In this document: positions 1 to 10,900 of the stretch, one piece after another
Layout of the letters: each line of letters starts with the position of its first letter
Numbering within the stretch: the stretch's first letter is position 1
NCBI GenBank assembly: GCA_950097015.1
Contig: CATNEN010000001.1
Location: 26,784,001 to 26,848,000, forward strand
DNA from: Macrostomum hystrix
Lineage: Eukaryota > Animalia > Platyhelminthes
Length of the DNA: 64,000 bases
Reading direction: 5' to 3'
Made by a program: the position numbers and the translations under genes
The notes under the pieces: generated by a model
Databases searched by the model: none
Seen by the model: the letters and a program-made list of their open reading frames with translations, nothing else
Told to the model about the DNA's origin: nothing

Positions 1-800
1 GGATTGGCTGGCTGGATTCGTGTTAGGATTGGATGGATTCGTGTTAGGATTGGCTGGATTCGTGTTAGAATTGGCTGGATGGATTCGTGTTAGGATTGGC
101 TGGATGGATTCGTGTTAGAATTGGCTGGATGGATTCGTGTTAGGATTGGCTGGCTGGATTCGTGTTAGGATTGGATGGATTCGTGTTAGGATTGGCTGGA
201 TGGATTCGTGTTAGGATTGGCTGGATGGATTCGTGTTAGGATTGGCTGGATTCGTGTTAGGATTGGATGGATTCGTGTTAGGATTGGCTGAATTCGTGTT
301 AAGATTGGCTGGATGGATTCGTGTTAGGATTGACTGAATTCGTGTTAAGATTGGCTGGATGGATTCGTGTTAGGATTGGCTGGATGGATTCGTGTTAGGA
401 TTGGCTGGATGGATTCGTGTTAGGATTGGCTGGATGGATTCGTGTTAGAATTGGCTGGATGGATTCGTGTTAGGATTGGCTGGCTGGATTCGTGTTAGGA
501 TTGGATGGATTCGTGTTAGGATTGGCTGGATGGATTCGTGTTAGGATTGGCTGGATTCGTGTTAGGATTGGATGGATTCGTGTTAGGATTGGCTGGATGG
601 ATTCGTGTTAGGATTGGCTGAATTCGTGTTAAGATTGGCTGGATGGATTCGTGTTAGGATTGGCTGAATTCGTGTTAAGATTGGCTGGATGGATTCGTGT
701 TAGGATTGGCTGGATGGATTCGTGTTAGGATTGGCTGGATGGATTCGTGTTAGGATTGGCTGGATGGATTCGTGTTAGGATTGGCTGGATGGATCCCTGT
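1..800. repeat. minisatellite, 25-bp unit (GGATTGGCTGGATGGATTCGTGTTA) with 21-bp variants; runs off the left edge
   Basis: direct reading. Confidence 0.95.
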
Positions 801-1284
801 TAGGATTGTTTTTATCGATGGAAGAAACAAACCAACATATAAAACAGCTCGTACCATAAGCAGAGTCTGGAGCAGTTTTAAAAATGTTATTATTTTCTTT
901 ATCACCAGTCTAAAGAATACAAAATCCAAAGCTTTAATCACCAAACAGTTTTGTAAGCGTAAGCAATCAAACTAAAAAAATATATATAATTTTTTAAATC
1001 AGATGAAAATGCAGTTTTTATGCGAAGCAATATATTTCAAATGAGACTAATATGATTACTACCTTAATTTGCCAGCCGGTACCTAAGGCTACGGTCTTAT
1101 TAATTAGTATATTCTGGCTCTTAGATACAATTTATAGTGTGTTAGGCGCAAACAAATGCTGAAATCAATTCGCCAAACTAGTTTGAAAACCATTTCCTAT
1201 TGACTGCCGGCCAGGTAAAACTAGTTCAAAACAATGCCGATGCAGTTTTGACCACAATGGGTCACTATAGCAGACTCAATGCCG

Positions 1285-3030
1285 TTAGAAGCCGCGCGAA
1301 GAAGGTCGCCAGCCGCCGATGAGGCTGCGAGTTCGCCGTGGCCTGCGCGGAACCTGCAAGAAGCCGCCGCCGCCACCGCCGGATCGCCGCTGGATCGCCA
1401 AGGGCGCGGACGCGGAGTCGACCAGCTCGTCAATACGGCTAGTCGAAACGGCGGATGCTGGCGCTCCAGACGCGGCATCGTCTGGCATCGTCAAGTCGAC
1501 GGTGTCGGAGATGTTGAGGAGGCCGGCGTAGCGAGCTGCTGACAGGCACAGGCGGCCGTCGATGCGAACGGACAGCGAGGCGCGGTCGCTGCTGCCAACA
1601 ACGCCAACGGCTGGGGCAGTCAGTTCGACGGCAAGTCCGGCCGCCACGGAAAGAGAGGCTGCGTCGTCCGGAAATCGAGCAGCAACTTCCGCAGGGGAGG
1701 CGGCTAGGAGCAGAGAAGGGCAGTGCTGGAGCAGCGGCTTCGCAAGCGGGGTCAAGTCGATGGACTCGAAGTCGCTGGTGTTGACCGAGGCTTCGGCGGC
1801 TCCGGCGGCAGCCAGAGCGTCGGTCAGTGGACGCAGCTGCTTGGGCGTCAGCAGCATGTCGACGGTTTGATGTACGCAGGCTAGACAGGCGGAGGCGACG
1901 GTCAAGGCGGCCACGCAGAGACTGTCAGGGCCGCAGTTGCGGTGCCAGACAATGCACCGGTAGCGCCGCACGGGCGACAGCGATTGGTCGAGAGCGACGG
2001 CTGCGGAGAACTGGCGAGCGACTATGAAGTCGGAGCAGAGGCTTGACAACCGAGGAACAAACCGGCCGCAGCGATTTGAGCAGCGCATTTCGCAATCGAT
2101 GCTGTCTTGTAGCTTTGCCTCGGAATCGAACTCTGGCCAATCTTCGTCTGCCGGCACAAAAGCATGGAAGGCGAACTGTCGGCTCTGACCGTCTCCGCTG
2201 CTGTTTGGCAGGTCAACTCTGAGCAGAGTGCTCAAGAGCGGTGGGTTTGTATTCGATGGCGAGTTGGCTATGATTGACAGCGGCAGGCAGAGCGAGGCGG
2301 GCAAGTTCAGCGAGGTCAGCAGGCGGCCGGCCAGGAACACGGCGCAGCCGAGGACAACTCGGCGAGGGGCCTGCGAGAAATTCGCGGCCGCGCCACCAAC
2401 GGGGAGGCCGCTGGAATTGCAGCAGCCGATTAGCCGCTCAGCCAGGCAGTCGGCTGCCAGCAGGACGCGAGCGAAGCCGCGCTTTCTGAGCCGCGGCTCC
2501 GGCTGCGCCTGCGGACGCAGAGACGCGTGGGTCACGTGAATGGACGCCAGTTGAAGCACTGCTGGCGGGCAGGCCGGACAAACCAGGTCCATCAGCTGGG
2601 CAGTGAGCCAGGCCAGGCGGTCCTGCAGTCGCGGCGAGTGCCTCGGAGCCGAGCCGAATGCCAGCGCCAGCGGGCCGCAGAAGAACTGCAGGGCTCGCTG
2701 AATGCGCCTGGCCGCCTCCCGGATGGCCGCCGACTCGCTGGTCAAGCCCAGGCAGAAGCTGGGCATGGGGGTGCCGACGCACAGCGTGAGGTCGCCGCAG
2801 TGGACGCAGGCCAGCCGCAAACTGTCCAGCTCGAATGCCACCGGCTGAGTGAGCAGAGAAGATCTGACAAAGCCGGTGAGTCCCATGAGCTGCCCAGCCA
2901 GCAGGCATTGCCGATCTACCGAGATTTCAGGCGGGTGGAACAGCAGAATGGCATCGCGGAGGTCGTCGGCCTCACTGCGCACGGCGCTGTGCCGATAGAC
3001 GAACAGCAGCGGCGGGAATACGGCGGACAT
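1285..3030 (-). CDS. HPS4: HPS4-like (BLOC-3 subunit; CCZ1/INTU/HPS4 longin family) protein, 581 aa, single uninterrupted ORF
   Basis: N-terminus LFVY.......E.D....AILLFHP......RQCLLAGQL.GL matches the first longin domain pattern of HPS4. A second-longin-like VLGCAVFLAGRLL segment is present. GC-rich ORF flanked by AT-rich DNA. Confidence 0.8.
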   Translation of the reverse strand: MSAVFPPLLFVYRHSAVRSEADDLRDAILLFHPPEISVDRQCLLAGQLMGLTGFVRSSLLTQPVAFELDSLRLACVHCGDLTLCVGTPMPSFCLGLTSESAAIREAARRIQRALQFFCGPLALAFGSAPRHSPRLQDRLAWLTAQLMDLVCPACPPAVLQLASIHVTHASLRPQAQPEPRLRKRGFARVLLAADCLAERLIGCCNSSGLPVGGAAANFSQAPRRVVLGCAVFLAGRLLTSLNLPASLCLPLSIIANSPSNTNPPLLSTLLRVDLPNSSGDGQSRQFAFHAFVPADEDWPEFDSEAKLQDSIDCEMRCSNRCGRFVPRLSSLCSDFIVARQFSAAVALDQSLSPVRRYRCIVWHRNCGPDSLCVAALTVASACLACVHQTVDMLLTPKQLRPLTDALAAAGAAEASVNTSDFESIDLTPLAKPLLQHCPSLLLAASPAEVAARFPDDAASLSVAAGLAVELTAPAVGVVGSSDRASLSVRIDGRLCLSAARYAGLLNISDTVDLTMPDDAASGAPASAVSTSRIDELVDSASAPLAIQRRSGGGGGGFLQVPRRPRRTRSLIGGWRPSSRGF

Positions 3031-3440
3031 TGTTGAATTGCCTTGGACTGTTCAATCCGAACAATTTCTTGCGGCTTGGATATGAAACAAACTAGCACTG
3101 GCTGTGCCAGACAACTTTTACACAAACAGAGGGCCAACAGGGGGTGAGGGGTGACAGTGCAGGTAAGGGTTTGTGCGCTGGAGTGAATAAGCAGTGACAG
3201 ATAGGCCCGTGTGCGAGTGTACAGTAGCTTAGTTCTTGGCACCGCACACCTGCGCGCATGAATGTATAGCTGTACGTATAGTTTACTCTATAGAGGAGAA
3301 AAATTTCTCAATGTAAATTGATAGGTGTAAATTATACTCGTAGTTAATGCACAATTCGGTTTGAAAATCATAGGTGTGTTTGCAACTAATAAATGCAATA
3401 TAACTTGAAAAATAGAGCCTAAAAGAAACGACTTCCCAAA

Positions 3441-4650
3441 CTACCTAGAATCTACTTTTCTAACTACCCTAGAATCTACTTTTCTAACTAACCTAGAATC
3501 TACTTCTCTAACTACCCTAGAATCTACTTTTCTAACTACCCTAGAATCTACTTTTCTAACTACCCTAGAATCTACTTCTCTTATTACCCTAGATTCTACT
3601 TCTCTAACTAACCTAGAATCTACTTTTCTAACTACCCTAGAATCTACTTTTCTAACTAACCTAGAATCTACTTCTCTAACTACCCTAGAATCTACTTTTC
3701 TAACTACCCTAGAATCTACTTCTCTTATTACCCTAGATTCTACTTCTCTAACTAACCTAGAATCTACTTTTCTAACTAACCTAGAATCTACTACTCTAAC
3801 TAACCTAGAATCTACTTCTCTAACTAACCTAGAATCTACTTCTCTAACTAACCTAGAATCTACTTCTCTAACTAATCTAGAATCTACTTTTCTAACTAAC
3901 CTAGAATCTACTACTCTAACTAACCTAGAATCTACTTCTCTAACTAACCTAGAATCTACTTCTCTAACTAACCTAGAATCTACTTCTCTAACTAATCTAG
4001 AATCTACTTCTCTAACTAACCTAGAATCTACTTCTCTAACTAATCTAGAATCTACTTCTCTAACTAACCTAGAATCTACTTCTCTAACTAATCTAGAATC
4101 TACTTCTCTAACTAACCTAGAATCTACTTCTCTAACTAATCTAGAATCTACTTTTCTAACTAACCTAGAATCTACTACTCTAACTAACCTAGAATCTACT
4201 TCTCTAACTAACCTAGAATCTACTTCTCTAACTAATCTAGAATCTACTTCTCTAACTAATCTAGAATCTACTTCTCTAACTAACCTAGAATCTACTTCTC
4301 TAACTAATCTAGAATCTACTTCTCTAACTAACCTAGAATCTACTTCTCTAACTAACCTAGAATCTACTTCTCTAACTAACCAAGAATCTACTTCTCTAAC
4401 TAACCTAGAATCTACTTCTCTAACTAACATAGAATCTACTTCTCTAACTAATCTAGAATCTACTTCTCTAAGTTCTCTAACTAACCTCAACCTACCCTAG
4501 AGACTACCTATATCAAGCTAGCCTAGAATCTATCTATATATCTCAACCTACTCTAGAATCTATCTATCTCAAACTACCCTAGAATCTATCTATCCCAAGC
4601 TACCCTAGAATCTATCTGTCTCAACCTACTCTAGAATCTATCTCAATCTA
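3441..4650. repeat. minisatellite, 24-bp unit (CTAGAATCTACTTCTCTAACTAAC), degenerate after 4490
   Basis: direct reading; ends ~15 bp from the VPS13 donor. Confidence 0.95.
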
Positions 4651-4667
4651 CTCTCAGCCCAGCTCAC

Positions 4668-4980
4668 CCGAGATGAAGCCGACAGCGCCGCCCTCCTTGC
4701 CGCCCTCGTAGGGCTGGGTGACGATGCCGGAGATGCCCTGCACGAAGCCCAAGCCAAGGTTCTGGGCCGCCTTGGCCATGTTGCTGCCGGTACCATAATT
4801 GGCCCTGGCCCGGATGTGCGCCTCGCGTCGCTGCTGGTGTTTGGAGTCGAATGAGGCGATGGCTGCCAGATGGCCGACTGTGCCAGTCATGCGCTGCAGG
4901 AAGCCGGACACTCCGCCAACCGTGTGCCCCACGAACGACTTCATGCCGGAGTACACACCCTCCACGAACTCTTCCGGACC
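4668..4980 (-). CDS. VPS13: VPS13 exon, ATG2_C-like region (GPEEFVEG..GISGIVTQPYEG..GFIS); last exon visible, ends in phase 1
   Basis: CAG|..G|GTGAG, 313 nt. Confidence 0.93.
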
Positions 4981-7900
4981 CTGCGGGGATACGGGGCCAC
5001 GCCTTGCAGCCATCGTTCATTCCGGCCTCGTTGCCTTTTATCTTTCTGTTTAGCCTCTTCATTTACCGCTCTCCTTCCCTTCATCTTCCTCTATCCCTTT
5101 CATTCATCTTTCTCTTCAACCTTTATCTCACTGCCTTACCTAATCCTTTTTTCACCCATTTTTCCTGTCTCCCTCCCTTGATTCCTTTATCTCCCTCCCT
5201 TCATCCCTTCATCACTTCATCTCCCTCCCTTCATCCCTTCATCTCCCTCCCTTCATCCCTTCATCTCCCTCCCTTCATCCCTTCATGTTGCTCATATTGA
5301 TCTCCTCTCTCAGCCGCACCTGAATGGCGCCAGCAATGGGCTCGTAGAAGAAGTCCTGCGCCCCGGAGCGGAGGCCGCCGATAACGCTGAGCGGATTGCC
5401 AATCAGATCTATGCTGAGGAAGACCTTGTACAGCTGGCCAGCGAACTGACGGATGTAGTGCCGCTTCACCTGTGGACAGGGGATAATTAGATCTAGCTAG
5501 ATTGAGCTAAACGTATTGTATCTTATGGGCAATAATTCGATTTTCTCCCTTCAGAATGTTAATGACTTTATTTTTTCACCCGTGAGATTCCTAGCCTCAC
5601 CTATGATATTCCTATTTTTATCCATGAGGCTCCTAGTCTAACCCATGACATCTCTATTTTTATCCATGAGATTTCTATTTTTATCCAAGAGATTCCCATT
5701 CTCACCCATGAGATTCCTATTCTCACCCATGAGATTCCTAGTCTAACCCATGAGATTCATATTCTGATCTATGAGATTCCTATTCTTATTCATGAGATTC
5801 CTATTCTTATTCATGAGATTCCTTTTCTCACCCATGAGATTCCATTCCGGTCCCCATACGCTCACCTCTGCCATCAGCTGAGTGGTTGAGTAGGCCGTGT
5901 TCTCCCTGTGCAGGCAGCTGAGCTGGAAAAGCACATCGGAGCACCTGGCCACACTGCCCAGCACCGTGGCAATGGCCAGGCTCACAAACGGGTTCGCATT
6001 GCCGTCGGCAGAGCTCAAAGAGAAGCTCAAGCTGATTTTGATTGGCGACAGGTGCAGCTGGTCGATAAAGTGCTTCTTGCCGCTATCTGACAAGTTGGCC
6101 AGCTGCTCATTCACCAGGGAGGCTTCCACGAATTCGCAGTCGGCCAGGAAGTTCTGGCGAGTTGCCTGACTTGTGGATGTCACCAGGACGCTGATCATGT
6201 CCAGCAGGCCGTTGAGGAATACCTGGTCCAGCTTGATAGCCATCTCCTGCACCAGCACCTTGCAGTATTGCACCTGAATAACATCGTTCTCTAGGCGGCG
6301 AATCACGATTGACGCGTCGATGAAAGCTTTGGGAACCTGGTCAACAGCTACGGACTTCGGTGGCGGCACCTGGACGAAAATCGGAAGTTCGTTTGGAAAA
6401 AAATGCAACTACAGCGGTCCATTAAGAGGCGGATGTACATTGGTGGAGGTTGGGGTTGGTCAAGAGCAGAATGTACATTCACGGAGAGGGTTGGTCAAGT
6501 GGAGGATGTACATTGGCGGAGGTTGGGGTTGGTCAAGAGCAGAATCTACCCCATTGCGGAGTGTGGGGTAGGTCGAATGGAGGATGTACAATAGCGGAAG
6601 CTACCAGGGCAGGGTAGGTCGGAGCGCCCTTTCACCTGGTAGAAGAAGATCTGGTACATGCCGGAGGGCAGCATGGAGTCGATCTGCAGCCTGGCCAGCT
6701 TGGCAGCCAGGCTCATGTTGTGCGGTGACGACTTGAAGCTCAAGGACAGCGCGGGGTCCAGCTGGCGCTCAACGAAGCAGACCCGCGGCTTGCGCAGCTT
6801 GAACGGCTGCGTGCTGAAGTCGATCTCGATCTCCGTGTTGTTGGCGCGCTCCAGAATGCGCGGCTGCGGGTTGTTCTTCAGCTCCACCTACGAATGGGGC
6901 GTTTAAAGAGAGGATGAGGCTACAGTTGGCTCATTGGACACCCGAATCAGCTTGTAAGACACCCAATCCGCTCATTGGACACCCGAATCAGCTTGTAAGA
7001 CACCCAATTCGCTCATTGGACACCCGAATCCGCTCATTGGACACCCGAATCAGCTTGTAAGACACCCAATCCGCTCATTGGACACCCAATCCGCTCATTA
7101 GACACCCAATCTGCTCATTAGAAAGAATCCGCTCATCAGAAAGAATCCGCTCATTAGAAGGAATCCGCTCATTAGAAGGAATTCGCTCATCAGAAAGAAT
7201 CCGCTCATTAGAAAGAATCCGCTCATTAGAAGGAATCCGCTCATTAGAAGGAATTCGCTCATCAGAAAGAATCCGCTCATTAGAAAGAATTCGCTCATTA
7301 GAAGGAATTCGCTCATTAGAAGGAATTCGCTCATTAGAAGGAATTCGCTCATCAGAAAGAATCCGCTCATTAGAAGGAATTCGCTCATTAGAAGGAATTC
7401 GCTCATTAGAGGAATCCGCTCATTAGAAGGAATTCGCTCATCAGAAAGAATCCGCTCATTAGAAGGAATTCGCTCATCAGAAAGAATCCGCTCATTAGAA
7501 CCTCTCATGCCAGCAGACCGCCGGGCACAATGACCAGAACTCACCTGCTGCATGTATCTGTTGTAAATAATTTCAACTGAGTCGGACAGGCCCTTCTTTA
7601 TCGGTTTGAGCAGGCCAGACTTGCGGGTCTCATACCACTGCACTCCAGGTGAGCGCACGGAAATGTAGGCCACCTCCCTAGCCAGCTTGTTGTCAACCAG
7701 GGACAAGCCGATGCTCATGAGGCACAGCTTGACCTCGTAGTCAACTCTCTCAAACAGAGTGGCGAGCCGGGCTGAGCAGGACAAGTTGACATCGTTTGAG
7801 AATAGCAAAACTCGCTGGCAGCCGCTCAGAAAGCAGACAGCGTACACCAGACTGTCAGGTGGGCATTCATCGACTTTGGCGCCAGTCGGGCTGCCCTTCT

Positions 7901-10900
7901 CGTAGCTGTCAACTGTGCGGCAGGTGCCGGTGACCTGCGGGCATGGTGAGGTAGGCATGGTAGGCATGGTAGGCGTTGTGAGGTAGGCATGGTGAGGTAG
8001 GCATGGTGAGGTAGGCATGGTGAGGTAGGCATTGTGAGGTAGGCATGGTGAGGTAGGCATGGTGAGGTAGGCATGGTGAGAGGTAGGCAAGGTGAGGTAG
8101 GCATGGTGAGGTAGGCAAGGTGAGGTAGGCATGGTGAGGTAGGCAAGGTGAGGTAGGCATGGTGAGGTAGGCATGGTAGGCATGGTGAGGTAGGCAAGGT
8201 GAGGTAGGCATGGTAGGCATGGTGAGGTAGGCAAGGTGCGATAAGCATAACAGTACGAAGGTGGATGGGGAGTGAAGGCGTCTCACCTGGCCGCAGGTCC
8301 ACTCGAGCACTCGCTCCTGTTTGGGGTCAGGCCAGCTGTACAGCACGGAGCAGCCGGGGGCGAGTTTCAGCAGGCTGTAGGCATCCGCGCCCTTCTGCCG
8401 CAGTTCAACGCTGGGAAATTTGTCGGCCGGCAGAGCATTGACCAGGTGCAGCGGAGCGAAGCCAGGCTGGTACTGCTGCAGTGTCACCACGCAGGCCTCC
8501 TGGGCGAAGGCGACGTCGGCGAGGACGCCACCGTAGCGGCTGCAGTTGCCAGTGAGGCGAAGCATCGACGAGCAGGAGTCGGTGATGGGGAAGGGGTCCG
8601 TCACCTCGGACTCGTCCACTCGCACCTGCATGGTCATCTTCTTCTCGATATCGCAGGTTGGCCAGAAAGGTGTCGCCTCCCAGCAGGGGACCGGAACGAA
8701 GTTGGGGAAGCTGGCGATGTTCTGCAGGCTGGCCGCGCTGCCCTTCACAGGTTGGGAGCACTCGCTGATCTCCAGGCGCAGCTGCGGGTGGCGAGATGGA
8801 CTGGCTTGTAGGGGAGGTGGGGTGGATGTCTTCTAGGGGAGGTGGGGTGGCTGTCTTCTAGGGGAGGTGGGGTGGATGTCTTCTAGGGGAGGTGGGTGGC
8901 TGTCTTCTAGGGGAGGTGGGGTGGATGTCTTCTAGGGGAGGTGGGTGGCTGTCTTCTAGGGGAGGTCGGGTGGCTGTCTTCTAGGGGAGGTGGGTGGATG
9001 TCTTCTAGGGGAGGTGGGGTGGCTGTCTTTATATTGGAGGTGGGGTGGCTGTCGTTGAGGGGAGGTGGGTCGGATGTCTTCTAAAGGAGGGAGTGGCTGT
9101 CTCGTAGGGAAGTTGTGGTGGCTCTCGTAAATTTGGTGGGTGGCCGTCTTAGCAGTGGAGTGGGGTGGCTGTCTTTGAGGGGAGGTGGGTGGATGTTTCG
9201 TAGGGAAGGTGGGGTGGCTGCCTTGTAAATTAGGTGGTGTGGCAGTCTTATCAGCGGAGTGGGGTGGCTGTCTTATCAGGTGTGTGGGGAGGCTGTCATA
9301 ATAGTGGACAGTAGAGTGGGGTGGCTGCCAGTGGTGAGCCAGGCGGGCATCTCAAACCAGAGCCTTAGACTCACCGGGGACTTATTCACAATGGAGATGA
9401 ACGGTATGAAGGTGACGATCTTGGTGATGCCGTTGCTGCCCACGGAGATGTTGATGCCAACCTAAGCAAATGTGAAAATACAAGTATAAATTTAGATTCG
9501 AAATCCAGAAGATCAAGTAAGATCAGGCACCAACCTGATAGCTGAGAGAGTCGGCCTTGCACTTAACAGTGCCAGCGTGGCCGACTGTGTCCAGGGGGAA
9601 TTTCGTAGACCACGCGGAGTCCTCGACCTTCAGGCTGATCTGCAACGGATCGGGCAGGTAAAAATTGGCCCCTCAAGAGGTCTAGATTCGCAATCGGCTG
9701 CAGGAAAAATGTCCCATTCAGTGAAAAATGAATAAGCATAGGAAAAAATAAGATTTGTGCAGTCCACTATTTCCCTGTCATTGTCCGAGAAACAATGAGT
9801 ATGCTAATGTAATCCGCCTAAAGCATAATGATCGACAATCACTACTTAGTAAGAAAAAAACCTTTCAGTAGTATGAAGGGAAAATCATTTTCCTACCTAT
9901 AACCCTATTAAATAATATTGCAAGAAGGCATGCCATCACAGAATGCTAATTTATCTAGTCGCGTGTCCGTCACACCCTACTATTCTGTGAGCAGTAAGTA
10001 CTGTACAGTGTATATTGTGTGTACGCGAGCGAGAGTGTTGGAAAGCAACACCCTCAGTTGTTAGTTAGTAGAGCGGTATAAGTTGATATGCGATGGGTTA
10101 TTTCTAATCCAGATATTACAGTGAGTTAAAAGTAGTAAAATACACAAATATAAGGCAGCTGGGACAGTAAGAACTTTATAAGCGGTAATTACAACACACA
10201 TTCAGTTAAAAAAACTCCTTCTTACACCATAACAACTTTTACTAATCCTAACAACCAATTGATTTATCATCTGACACCCTAGATTAGTACCCAGACACCC
10301 ACTTGTCACTAATTCTGACACCCCACCCAGTTCTCGCTCTCACTGATACCCAGTTTTTATTCTTACTGACAACCGATTCGCCCCTTCTTCTGTGAACCCG
10401 AGTTTTCCCTTATAACACCCGAGCTTTCACTTCTGACACCCGAGTTTTGACATCTGACACCCGAGTTCTCACATCTGACACACCGAGTTCTCACATCTGA
10501 CACACCGAGTTCTCACATCTGACACGCCGACTTTTCACGTCTGAGACACAGAGTTTTCACTTCTGACACACCGAGTTCTCACATCTGACACACCGAGTTC
10601 TCACATCTGACACGCCGAGTTCTCACTTCGGACACGCCGACTTTTCACGTCTGAGACACCGAGTTCTCACATCTGACACACCGAGTTCTCACATCTGACA
10701 CGCCGACTTTTCACGTCTGAGACACCGAGTTCTCACATCTGACACACCGAGTTCTCACATCTGACACGCCGACTTTTCACGTCTGAGACACAGAGTTTTC
10801 ACTTCTGACACACCGAGTTCTCACTTCTGACACACCAGGTTTTCACATCTGACACACCGAGTTAGAAGAGTTAACAGACATTTCTGACACCCTAGTTCTC

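Noticed and set aside
1-800. Telomere-like TTAGG content at the window edge
   Set aside because: TTAGG is only part of a 25-bp unit, not a telomeric tandem array.
1279-3036. Several plus-strand ORFs overlapping the HPS4-like gene, and likewise over VPS13 exons and antisense to the TLR
   Set aside because: Shadow ORFs of GC-rich coding sequence with no recognisable domains.
3441-4490. 349-aa ORF of REVDSRLV repeats
   Set aside because: Product of a 24-bp minisatellite with one stop-free frame; non-ATG start, intronic, no splice support.
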